Part shown: positions 49,597 to 59,205 of the stretch, one piece after another | How positions within the stretch are numbered: the stretch's first letter is position 1 | How the letters are laid out: every line of letters begins with the position of its first letter | DNA from: Candidatus Poribacteria bacterium | GTDB taxonomy: Bacteria > Poribacteria > WGA-4E > WGA-3G | Direction: 5' to 3' | Assembly (NCBI GenBank): GCA_963663765.2 | Contig: CAXXUA010000013.1 | Span: forward strand, 672,001-736,000 | DNA length: 64,000 nucleotides | Made by a program: the position numbers and the translations under genes | The notes under the pieces: generated by a model | Seen by the model: only the letters and a program-made list of their open reading frames with translations | Told to the model about the DNA's origin: nothing | Databases searched by the model: none

Positions 49597-50413
49597 TCCA
49601 TAATTCCTCCAGTATTGAGTCTACATCTTCATTAGGAATATGATCCAATTTTGCAAATTTGAACATGTTTTCGCTAAGGATATTAGAAAACCCTACCGAG
49701 TTGGCAAATCCGGGATATACAGGTGATTTATCACTATTAGTCCACAGACTTTCGGCAAAAGAACCTAAATACAATTCATGAATTTTTTCCATAAGTGGAT
49801 TGCTGGGATTAATAAGTCCTCTATCTCGAACCTCAATACAATCTGTGAGGATGGATGATAAGTTTTGCGTAATATTTGGATTGCCTAAACTATCTAAATC
49901 AATTTGGTCTGCATTCATAAGTAATTTTAGAATACACAGTTGACGATAACTTAGTTCATCAAGATTTTTTAAAATACGACGATACGTATCTATATCAAAA
50001 TCTGAATCAAAATGAACGTTTTCTGTTAAATTTGCTATATATTTTATTTTCGGTTCTTCTGTTGTATCCATCACTTTTTTTAAAGTAGATTCTACAACTT
50101 CGTCTATTTTGGACCGATCGGTAGGGGTTTTTTCAAAGAATCCATCATCCCGAAATTTTTCACCATTTTCTAATCTTTGAGATATATTTTCTGCTGCTTG
50201 TATTCCCCATTGAAATAATCTTACAGTTTGTCTTTTACTTATAAGTGGAGTGATAAATCTGTCTAAACCCCATCCACCAAACACACTAATAGCTCCAGTT
50301 GATATCCCAGTTGGGTCTCCAATAGAAGTGCCAACTGCTATCCCTGATCCTAATGCAATTAATTGAAAATAGGGAAATCCTTTCGCTTCTTTTTCGTCTT
50401 TAATTAGGTTCAT
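49580..50413 (-). CDS. Hypothetical protein, paralog of 48733
   Basis: RLENGEK-RDDGFF..DRSK..EEPKIKYI..LSYRQLCIL; AGGAGG RBS; 17-nt overlap with the next gene. Confidence 0.6.
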   Translation of the reverse strand: MNLIKDEKEAKGFPYFQLIALGSGIAVGTSIGDPTGISTGAISVFGGWGLDRFITPLISKRQTVRLFQWGIQAAENISQRLENGEKFRDDGFFEKTPTDRSKIDEVVESTLKKVMDTTEEPKIKYIANLTENVHFDSDFDIDTYRRILKNLDELSYRQLCILKLLMNADQIDLDSLGNPNITQNLSSILTDCIEVRDRGLINPSNPLMEKIHELYLGSFAESLWTNSDKSPVYPGFANSVGFSNILSENMFKFAKLDHIPNEDVDSILEELWNDSKL

Positions 50414-50483
50414 TTCAATCCTCCTTTTTCATTGATTTACCTCTACAAAAAACCAATATCCAAATATCGAATCTCGTTTAATA

Positions 50484-50594
50484 TTATTCCTTATCATACC
50501 AATTCGGAAAAGCAACCCCCTTCTTCTTAAACATCACCAATTCCCCATCAAGATCACATGTAGACTGCTTCCCACCGTGGATACTCGGTTCAGC
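50484..50594 (-). repeat. Copy B of the R-M gene 3' end
   Basis: AEPSIHGGKQSTCDLDGELVMFKKKGVAFPNWYDKE*; first 49 nt identical to the gene. Confidence 0.95.
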
Positions 50595-50633
50595 CCTTTC
50601 GTGTTTCAGAATAATACGATCTGTTAGTATTGT

Positions 50634-52211
50634 CTACTTTCGGTCAAATATACATTTACGAAGTTCCTCGTAGACCTTAGTTTCCTTCGTGATACATTTT
50701 GAGAGACTCTTTTTAAACATATCTGTACTGATGTTTGTTTTAATACCACAAAACTTTTTTATCCGTTCAATTTTATCTTTCACGTTCTGATTACAGATAT
50801 CCGTTACAAAGTTATCATAGTCTTCCTCACTGAACATTAAACCTTCAGACTGACAGTATTTTACCAATATTTCTTTGTCAAAGAGATAATTTTCTAATTC
50901 CCAACGTCTGAGAATACGATGGTGAAATGGAGTATTAGCTAAGTGATTCTGGCGTTCGGATTCATTAATTGATTTCCCTGATCCTATATCACGATCTTTG
51001 AGAACCCATATCTCTATTCCTTTGAGCACTTTCCCAAGAATATCTATTGCAATGTCACTGCGTTGGTCCGGTTCAGTATTTCCTCCGCTTGATACAAACA
51101 CCGTATCAGAAAAATCAGCAGAAAAGATATTTTCATAGATTTGTGCGTCGAACCCTTTTTCGATTCTGTTTGGTCCTGGTTTTGCCCTACCCTCACAGTA
51201 GATAATACGATTTGGAGCAACTAAATCTGTCAAGTCGTCAAGTGCTGTCTTAAAAATTCTCATGTAGTTTTTACGAATTGGTTCTATCGGTCGTATTGTT
51301 TGAGTTCCTGTAAAGTAGTCCTTCTCTGAGAAGTCTAAAATTTGAGAATCTTCTTTTAATTCGTTCTGTAGTGCCCGAATAAATCCTATACTGTGGGTCG
51401 CAACCCACAGTTGGCAATGATCAGATATTAATTTGTTAATCTCAACGAGGAGTTTGCGCTGAATAGTAGTGCTTAAATGCAACTCTGGTTCATCAATACA
51501 ACATAGCGTATTTGTAAACTCATCTGATTTGATTACAAGATCAATAATCATGTCAACAACTTCTTTTTCTCCTGCTGATAGGTTGGCAAAAGGAAAATCA
51601 ATGGTGTTACCCTTTTTAAAATATATCTGTCCCTTTTCGTTCAAAGGTTCTCCTAAACTCGATATTTGGACATCAAGAATATTCATCAAGATACTGTTTA
51701 CCTTCTCAATAAAATCACCGTGGATTTGGTCACCTGTTTTTTTTCCTCTATTGTATTCTGAGTATAAAACAGAATGTAATCTTTCGTAATTATTCAAAAG
51801 ACGTTGATCTACTGCAATTGAACTAATAGGATTATTTTTATTGCTACGTGTCTCCTTGATAGATTTGATTCCTGTCCCCTCAATTTTTGGAGTATAACGG
51901 TATGACGTTCTGAAGTAAAACCCCTGTGCATGCTGATTTTCTTCAGCGAAATTTACTTCTACACTTTGCCTTTTGTATTGCTCATTTTCAGGATCTGCAT
52001 CATAAAATTGGGATTTTGAATAGAAATCTGCAGCCTCAGCTCCTCGCGAACTTCCAATCTGTATTTTTTGTTTAAAGCCATCATATACCGAGCTCTTTCC
52101 ACAGCCATTGGGACCGACCATAGCAACTATTTTTTTCGGATTTGGACCAAGTTCAATAGTTAGATCATCAAATCGTTTGAAGCCAGTTAATCTTACTGTT
52201 TGTACTCTCAT
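50634..52211 (-). CDS. OLD-like ABC ATPase-TOPRIM nuclease
   Basis: GPNGCGKS, LSAGEKE, IDEPELHL, ATHS; TOPRIM YCEG and DRD; ELENYL. Confidence 0.8.
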   Translation of the reverse strand: MRVQTVRLTGFKRFDDLTIELGPNPKKIVAMVGPNGCGKSSVYDGFKQKIQIGSSRGAEAADFYSKSQFYDADPENEQYKRQSVEVNFAEENQHAQGFYFRTSYRYTPKIEGTGIKSIKETRSNKNNPISSIAVDQRLLNNYERLHSVLYSEYNRGKKTGDQIHGDFIEKVNSILMNILDVQISSLGEPLNEKGQIYFKKGNTIDFPFANLSAGEKEVVDMIIDLVIKSDEFTNTLCCIDEPELHLSTTIQRKLLVEINKLISDHCQLWVATHSIGFIRALQNELKEDSQILDFSEKDYFTGTQTIRPIEPIRKNYMRIFKTALDDLTDLVAPNRIIYCEGRAKPGPNRIEKGFDAQIYENIFSADFSDTVFVSSGGNTEPDQRSDIAIDILGKVLKGIEIWVLKDRDIGSGKSINESERQNHLANTPFHHRILRRWELENYLFDKEILVKYCQSEGLMFSEEDYDNFVTDICNQNVKDKIERIKKFCGIKTNISTDMFKKSLSKCITKETKVYEELRKCIFDRK

Positions 52212-52373
52212 TATTTATCTCCTTGCGAAATTAATTGAATTTCTCTGTTATTAACATTAACCTAATTCTTATACAATCAAAGAAGGCGGAACACCAATTT
52301 TTGTAAACTGGATTAGATACACTACAACAATTACTTTCCATTATTAAAGTATTGACTAAACTATACATTTATA

Positions 52374-52402
52374 ATTATATCATTAGACTAATAAAATGTC
52401 AA
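52374..52402 (-). promoter_or_regulatory. Consensus sigma70 promoter for the OLD-like gene
   Basis: TTGACA-17 nt-TATAAT with extended TG. Confidence 0.75.
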
Positions 52403-52519
52403 GGGAAAATTCAGAAATTCCGAAAATATTTTATATTTTTTTAACCTTTACTTAGAAATTGTTTTGTAGTATACTATATCGGTGTATGTTATGAACCCGA
52501 TAATAAAAGGAGAAAAGCT

Positions 52520-52921
52520 GTGGAACTAGGTGAACGTCTTCGTTCCATTCGTAAAGAAAAGAACTTAACTTTAAAAGATCTGAGCGAACTTGCAGAATTG
52601 TCGGTTCCATATCTTTCAGATATGGAACGCGGAGAAGTAAATCCATCCATAGAATCTTTAAAAAAGGTTGCGAATGCTTTCAAAATGACAGTCAGAGATC
52701 TTTTTACTGGTGTAGAGAAATTAGGAGAATCAAGACCAGAGCCTTATCCTAAAGGATTTAAAGAGTTTTTAGATGATCCTGAGTTTTCTGAAGAAATTGA
52801 TGATGAATGGAAAGGATTTCTAATTGAGATGAATTTTCGAGGTGAACAACCTACCACAAAAAGAGAATGGATCGAGTTGCATCTCAATCTTCGACGCACA
52901 TTTTCACAGGAGAACAAATGA
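52520..52921 (+). CDS. ddrO: XRE repressor, DdrO-like
   Basis: ERLR..LKD..SVPYLSDMERG..NPS..TVRDL..GVE..DP..W..FRG..P..K..W.E..L.L.R pattern recalls Deinococcus DdrO over its full length. Confidence 0.75.
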   Translation: MELGERLRSIRKEKNLTLKDLSELAELSVPYLSDMERGEVNPSIESLKKVANAFKMTVRDLFTGVEKLGESRPEPYPKGFKEFLDDPEFSEEIDDEWKGFLIEMNFRGEQPTTKREWIELHLNLRRTFSQENK

Positions 52922-53766
52922 ATAGTCTTAATGAACATGTAATCAAAATGGTTCAAAATACTGTTAGCGAATATAGTTCAACGGAGAACGCGAATTTTGA
53001 GGAAATATGTTCCGGTTTAGGCATAGATGTGAAGGAAGCATCTCTATCACTAGAAATTGATGGAATGCATAAAGGAAGTACCATATTTATCAACACACGG
53101 GTCCAAAATGAAGAACGAAAAAGGTTTACCCAATTCCATGAGATCACACATTACTTGCTTGAGAAGGATGGATATTTAATTTCTGAACTTCACGATCTCA
53201 CCTTCAGTCAAGAGGGGGAGTACGATAAGCAATTAGAAAAATTATGTAATTTTGGGGCTGCTGAATTTTTGATGCCAAGTAAAGAATTTATAAACCTTTA
53301 TGTAGAAACGGGTTTTAATGTTGAGTTGATTCTTAGTGCTGCCGAATATTTTAAATCTTCAACAATTGCTGCGACAATCCAACTTGCTCAAGTTGCGCCA
53401 AATCAATGTATTACGGCTATTTGCGAATTTATGCAGGATAAAAGAACACCTTTGCAATCACAGATTTTAAATCAAAATGAAAAATCCCCCAAGCGACAAT
53501 TGCGTGTATCCTATGCTGCTTCGTCACCAAATGTAAGATATATGTTGGCAAAAAATACTGTCATTCCTTATGACCATCTGATTTATGATGCTATTGGACA
53601 AGACAATCCTGTTGAAGGGGATAGTAATGTTCCTTTTCGAAGTGGTAAAAAGATGCCATGTCGTTGTGAAGCATTAGCAGAGAGGAATCGGGTGTATGTA
53701 ATATTTCATTTGAGTCCTCCGACATCTACAAATGAAATGCAAATCAATTTATTTGACTCGTCGTAA
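52918..53766 (+). CDS. irrE: IrrE/ImmA-family metalloprotease (IrrE/PprI-like)
   Basis: RFTQFHEITH (HExxH), EKLCNFGAAEFLMP, GAF-like C-terminus; ATGA overlap with the XRE gene. Confidence 0.8.
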   Translation: MNSLNEHVIKMVQNTVSEYSSTENANFEEICSGLGIDVKEASLSLEIDGMHKGSTIFINTRVQNEERKRFTQFHEITHYLLEKDGYLISELHDLTFSQEGEYDKQLEKLCNFGAAEFLMPSKEFINLYVETGFNVELILSAAEYFKSSTIAATIQLAQVAPNQCITAICEFMQDKRTPLQSQILNQNEKSPKRQLRVSYAASSPNVRYMLAKNTVIPYDHLIYDAIGQDNPVEGDSNVPFRSGKKMPCRCEALAERNRVYVIFHLSPPTSTNEMQINLFDSS

Positions 53767-53777
53767 CCTACAAGTCT

Positions 53778-56768
53778 TTACTTATCATACCAACTCGGAA
53801 TAGCAATCCCCTTTCGCTTAAGCCCCGCCAACTCCGCATCAAGATCACATGTAGACTGCTTCCCACCGTGGATACTCGGTTCAGCGCAGAGCATCTCACG
53901 CAGAGTCTGCATTGACTCAAGCACGTTATCACTTGTGATGCCCAACACCTCAGTCAGCAGACAACAATCTAATTCCTCGCGCACAGGGTCATGCGCGCAC
54001 TCGTTGACAGGCAGCATCCGTTTGGACTTCAAACGTTCAAAAATTGACTCTGCGTTTGCTAAAGCCGCATCGGTGAGTTCGCGAACATCCAACGTGGGCA
54101 AATTTCTCAATGTTGTAAGCCTTATTTTACCACGTCCAGAAACCTGTTTCCCACTATGCAACCAATGACAAAACAGTCCCAATGTTGAGTTACACCAGAG
54201 TGTCCACGGAATCTCATATCTCGGATTTGCAAAAGCTACATTCGTTATCAAGGCTGGACCGATAGCAGGTTTTTCAGTGAAAAGGACTACCACTGAATTA
54301 GAAGTAAATCTTAGCATCATGTTGTAATGCGTCCTGCTGTTTCGATTTACTCGATTTTGCACTTTAGTTTCTGCATTCGGAACGGGAATTGCGTGTGAAT
54401 CCGGGAGTACAAGCATTGATCTTTGAACTTCGCTCTTTGCATTCCACAAGCAAGCGTACCCATATTCGTTGGGTTGAAATCCTTCAACTTTACGAAACAC
54501 ACCTCTAACCTCAGCCAATCCCAAAGTCGCAATATCTCCAACTTGGCAAATTGGAATCTCAATAGCCTTTTCTTGTAGTTCCTGTAGCGGTAGTTCTAAT
54601 TTGCCTTCTTTTAGTCGTCTTGCAGATTGAAGTAATGCCATTGATTTCACACGCACAGCAACCCACCCTTCACCACGAGGTAGTGGACAATCAAGCATAT
54701 ATCCGAGAGTTTCCTCTCCGACCTTTATTGCATCGCCGCCACTTGGTGTATCTTCTAATCGGTACATTCCGTTAATTCGGATGATTCTGTTTGTAATCTC
54801 AAACGCCTCAAGTAAACTTTTTGGACGTTGATTTAGACAGACAAACTTTCCACGTCCCGTATTATCACCTTTTCCTTTTGTTGCTACGATGATGCACTCT
54901 GCCATATCCGTATCAGCAGAGAAAGCACAGTCAAACCCTTTAGCCTCAGCAATAGTTATCACAACCACATCATGATATGCAGTTGACCACATATCACGTA
55001 GTTTCTGAGTAGTTGGTGAAGCAAGCACTGTTGCTGGAAGGATAAACCCCATTGTACCTTTGGACTTAAGCATTCTATGTGCCAATTCTATAAAGTAGGC
55101 ACTTAGGCCCGCTTGTCCATCTGCGACAAGTGTGTCCTTTTTCTTGAGAACAGTTTGCATTATTTTTGTATATTCTTGAGGTCGGTCACTGCCTTGGAAC
55201 GGGGATTTAGCACCATCTATGCCTGCGGGGTCTGCCCCCGGTTTCGTAAAAGGTGGATTCTGAATAACGACATCAAACTTTTTGTAAGGAAATTCCTTTT
55301 GAAGATCAACAACCCTATTTTCTTCACCACCAACTTGTTCACTTTCCGTTTCAAATAGCTTCATATCATCAAGCAATTCAAGTGAACCTACTGCGTAATC
55401 ACCATTGTCTAATTTACCGTAAGGAGCAGTAAGGATACGCGTACCACCAAGTTTCATATCAGCATATCTACTTGCAAGTGCAGCAGCAGTAAGGTGTGTA
55501 GCATTCGGCATAATATCTACACCGCCAATGTTTTCCTCTAACATTTTCTGATGGATATCCCTACCATTTCTACCCGCTTGTTCATACAGAGACAAAACGC
55601 GTTGATAGACACCGTTAAGCAGCGCACCTGTGCCGCAAGCGAAATCTGCAACTTTCGGAAGTTTCCCTTTCGGCAGTTCGGGCATCACAAGCGTAGACAG
55701 CAGCACCGCACTTTCCGGGAGCGTATAGTTCGCCTTTACGTATTTCCTATCGGTAATTAACTTTTGAAACACGATACCCGCGAGTTCATGAATCTGCGCG
55801 ATACCGGTATCAACAAGGTCTTTGGCAGCCTCACACAGAAGCCTTAAGGTATGTTTGACAAGTCTGTCATCGGTAGCGAGTGCCTCAACGAGATTCCGAG
55901 CATCTTCAAAAATGGGACGGTAGTTAACCTTGAGGATTGTGTTCCAGTCATCAATAACATCGGCATAATCAATTGTCGGTAGGAGTTGGCGGAGTGAGCG
56001 GACAGATTCCATCTCTGCTTTACCAGCAAGGGAACTTTGGAAGACAAAAGCATCAGTGATAATTAGTGCTGCCATACGGAGCGTTTGGATGTTCGGTTTT
56101 TCTTCCGAGTTATCTTCCTCTTTAGAGAAAACCTCTTGGTGCAGAATTGTCTCAACCTTCTTGGCAATAACAGGATGGTCTACGATAGCATCTTCAAGTA
56201 GGTATGCTGCCTTGTTGACGCTTTTCTCCATCTCTTCAGCTGCCGCTTCAAGGTGAGAGTTCGGCATTGCACCGACGCGGAGCGCGTTTGCGATGTCGCC
56301 TACGGTGCCTTTTGCCCATCCGTTTTCTGGAAAATGTCCTACGGTATCACCGACTGTATTGACAAGTTTGTATTGTAGGTCATCTGCAGTGCGTAGTTGT
56401 GGATTGATATCCTTTCCCGGTATCATCTTAAAACGGTCAGGATAAAGGATTGCCATGACGTTGTTGAGCGTTTTTCCAACGACGTGGTATTCTGTTTCAA
56501 GCTCAAGTACAAGTCTCGTTTCCGCTTGTTCTATAAGATTTTTTGCGTTAGTGGTAGTAGCAAACTTTGCTTCAATACCGACAGGTTCTCTACCGTGTTC
56601 AATTACGATTGCATCAAGTTCGTTATTGCCTTTGAGGAAAGCATTGACTTCGGTTTCGAGTTCCCATCCGTGACGCATGTGACGTAAGATATTCACTAGT
56701 TCATTTGTGATTGTTGTTTCGCGTCTTTTTGGCATAGCGTTTATAATTTCATTTGCGGTTTTTTTCAT
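53778..56768 (-). CDS. Type IIG-like fused restriction endonuclease/N6-adenine methyltransferase
   Basis: N-terminal D..IEAK nuclease motif; motif I DFACGTG; motif IV NPPF; C-terminal TRD region. Confidence 0.85.
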   Translation of the reverse strand: MKKTANEIINAMPKRRETTITNELVNILRHMRHGWELETEVNAFLKGNNELDAIVIEHGREPVGIEAKFATTTNAKNLIEQAETRLVLELETEYHVVGKTLNNVMAILYPDRFKMIPGKDINPQLRTADDLQYKLVNTVGDTVGHFPENGWAKGTVGDIANALRVGAMPNSHLEAAAEEMEKSVNKAAYLLEDAIVDHPVIAKKVETILHQEVFSKEEDNSEEKPNIQTLRMAALIITDAFVFQSSLAGKAEMESVRSLRQLLPTIDYADVIDDWNTILKVNYRPIFEDARNLVEALATDDRLVKHTLRLLCEAAKDLVDTGIAQIHELAGIVFQKLITDRKYVKANYTLPESAVLLSTLVMPELPKGKLPKVADFACGTGALLNGVYQRVLSLYEQAGRNGRDIHQKMLEENIGGVDIMPNATHLTAAALASRYADMKLGGTRILTAPYGKLDNGDYAVGSLELLDDMKLFETESEQVGGEENRVVDLQKEFPYKKFDVVIQNPPFTKPGADPAGIDGAKSPFQGSDRPQEYTKIMQTVLKKKDTLVADGQAGLSAYFIELAHRMLKSKGTMGFILPATVLASPTTQKLRDMWSTAYHDVVVITIAEAKGFDCAFSADTDMAECIIVATKGKGDNTGRGKFVCLNQRPKSLLEAFEITNRIIRINGMYRLEDTPSGGDAIKVGEETLGYMLDCPLPRGEGWVAVRVKSMALLQSARRLKEGKLELPLQELQEKAIEIPICQVGDIATLGLAEVRGVFRKVEGFQPNEYGYACLWNAKSEVQRSMLVLPDSHAIPVPNAETKVQNRVNRNSRTHYNMMLRFTSNSVVVLFTEKPAIGPALITNVAFANPRYEIPWTLWCNSTLGLFCHWLHSGKQVSGRGKIRLTTLRNLPTLDVRELTDAALANAESIFERLKSKRMLPVNECAHDPVREELDCCLLTEVLGITSDNVLESMQTLREMLCAEPSIHGGKQSTCDLDAELAGLKRKGIAIPSWYDK

Positions 56769-56922
56769 GTGACAGTTCAGAGCAATTATTTTGTAAATAT
56801 TATTTTAACATATATAATTTTCTTTGTCAAGAAAAACTATATTTCGTTATATCATTGTATTCTTATTTAAACTTGTCCGCTCTTGAATTCTTGAACCGCA
56901 GTAAAATTCACTTTTGGTGTTC

Positions 56923-57273
56923 TCAACGACATGTTGTCTGGACTAAGAAATTCAGGTTTTGTCTTTTGTCCTTTATGAGTTGACGTAGTCAAAGAACAGC
57001 GGGTGACGGATTTTTCGCCTGTTCTTCTCGTGCCTTTCGGCAGTATCCCAAATAATCCTCCAAATATGCACCAACTTTTTCTTTATTTTGCAGATAATAT
57101 AGGATTGTGGCATAAACCTGTTCTAGGGAAACCGTATAGTTGCGATCATCAATCTATTCTGGAGTTTTTCCATTGTAAATATAATCGTTCAGGACAGTTT
57201 CAATACCTATACGTGTTCCCTTGATACGAATATCGTCTTCTGCTAAAAAGTTGAAGTATACTTCAATTTGCAT
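56923..57273 (-). pseudogene. DUF433 antitoxin pseudogene
   Basis: MQIEVYFNFLAEDDIRIKGTRIGIETVL..TPE*..LEQVYATILYYLQN with two in-frame stops; GGAG RBS. Confidence 0.8.
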
Positions 57274-57721
57274 GGGGCAACTCCGTAGTTTTAATAAAGT
57301 CAATAATATTTGTTATTATAATTATATCTTTAACCCGTTAGAATATCAAAGTATTTATCTCCTCAGGATGTGTAACGTTTCTTGCCAGTGTGTTGCCTGA
57401 ATTGCGTGGTATGTCAGAACCACTAAATCAGCGGATTGAATGTCTTATGGCATTTCGCGTAAGACATTTACTGGGTTTTCAACACCGATTATATGAACAT
57501 TCCCTCTTAAATCGGGGTTAAAAACCCCTCCCACAAGAGAAACACCAACACTTTTTTCTAAAAATTAACACCTATGGTGTGTTGTGATTCTTGTCCCAAC
57601 CGTGGAATATTTTAGTTGTTTTTTCGTGTTTTTTTGCATTTTTTTCATAATCGTTATAGATCCTGCCGTGGTATAGATTAATGTCAGTTTTCATTTTTTG
57701 AGAAATATTGAAAAAAACAAC

Positions 57722-57913
57722 TATGATGAAATTTGAAAATAAGTTTACATTCTACAATTGACCATATTGGTTGTCATGTAAGAATCGTATTCTTTTCTTT
57801 GGTAGGAGCGACCTCCCGGTCGCGACTGTTTTGATACATGGTCCCTATACGGTCGCGACCAGGAGGTCGCTCCTACCAACGCGAATGTGTAATTAATTCC
57901 ATGATCTACCATA
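57722..57913. mobile_element. MITE enclosing an inverted GTAGGAGCGACC REP pair
   Basis: GGTAGGAGCGACCTCCCGGTCGCGA ... TCGCGACCAGGAGGTCGCTCCTACC; imperfect TATG..ACATTC ends. Confidence 0.6.
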
Positions 57914-58343
57914 AATATATTATTGGTATATATCATAAGTGGTTTTGGATGTGATTTGTAGTTTTTTGGTGATTGTTTAATGGGATCTCCAACAGATATC
58001 CAATAGGTTTGTGAGAATAGGTTATCGCCTTTTAGCTGTCGTTTATCAATCAGATGACTGATTGCGATAATATCAGAATCGCAGAAGATGCTGAAGGTGT
58101 GTTTGGGTATCTAAATTTCTTTCATAGTTTAAGAATTCTTGCGATGCAATTGAATGTAGTTCATTAAGATGCTCTTCAGCGACTCAGACAAAACACAGAA
58201 AAGATCTTCCAGACAACACACATCTTCCAGACAACACACCTTAACACCCAAATATTTTCGAAAAATATTATACGTAGAAAACTATTGACAAAATATGCAA
58301 ATTTTGATATGTTGATATAACATTTAATAAAGGAGGAATTACC

Positions 58344-59128
58344 ATGAAAAAGTTAATGTTAGCCTTATTCATCATCTTGATAAGTAGCACTTTTGCCGCT
58401 GCAGACCTATTAGATGGCTTGGTGTTTTCTATGTCATTTGATGAAGGAACTGGTACAGAAGCAATGGATGGGTCTGCAAACGGTTTTACAGGAACAGTCA
58501 ATGGAAATGCGCAGTGGGTTGAAGGCAAATTTGGTATGGCTCTTGAATTCAATGCATCCGCTGATCATGTAGCCATTGCGGACAATGATGCGTTTCATAT
58601 AGAAGATGAGATCACGCAAGCTGCGTGGGTCAAACTCAATCGTTTGCCGGGTGCACATGCGGTCATCTTTGGTACGCGCGCAGGTGGTGGTGCAAGGCAC
58701 ATCGGTTTCGGTTATGGCATGAACCCCCCTCAAATGGCATCAAGGTTTGGACCAACGGTGCTAACGGTGGGTTCAAAGATATCAACGATACTGTTACCCA
58801 ACTTGAAGTCGATAAATGGTACTATGTATCATATACCCACACCACGGAAAACAGCGGCAAAGTGAAAATTTATGTTGATGGTGTAGTGTCATCTGAACAT
58901 GATTCCGGCAATCCCGTTGCTCCCGCAGGGGTTACGAGTCAAATTCAGATTGGAACTTGGTCAAGTGAAGCGTTGCCTGGTTTTGTAGATGAGGTGCGTC
59001 TTTGGAATCGTGCTCTTTCTGATGCTGAAATGGCAGAGAGCATGAATGCTGTGGGTGATAATCTCTTAGATGTCAGTCCAAATGACAAACTCGCTACATC
59101 TTGGGGGTTAATTAAGAAGACACGTTAA
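58344..59128 (+). pseudogene. Secreted LamG-like jelly-roll protein with a frameshift at a C6 run
   Basis: Signal peptide, FDEGTG, GKFGMAL, DEVRLWNRALS, KLATSWGLIK; frame switch at 58724-58729. Confidence 0.8.
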
Positions 59129-59147
59129 TAGTCTATGAAAAATGAAT

Positions 59148-59172
59148 AGGCGGCATTATTGCCGCCTTTTTC
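59148..59172 (+). terminator. Rho-independent terminator
   Basis: AGGCGGCA-ttat-TGCCGCCT followed by a T-run. Confidence 0.8.
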
Positions 59173-59205
59173 TTTGTGATGGTAAAATGGTAAAATACGA
59201 ACTTA

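Noticed and set aside
52212-52519. Deinococcus RDRM palindrome
   Set aside because: No convincing 17-bp TTA..TAA palindrome was found by eye; only a weak inverted repeat.
48565-53894. R-M 3' repeats as a DGR template/variable repeat
   Set aside because: Differences are not adenine-specific (C/G, C/T and G/T changes occur) and no reverse transcriptase is present in the window.
43400-57400. Integron or prophage
   Set aside because: No tyrosine/serine recombinase, attC-like sites, phage structural genes or tRNA att site were recognised.
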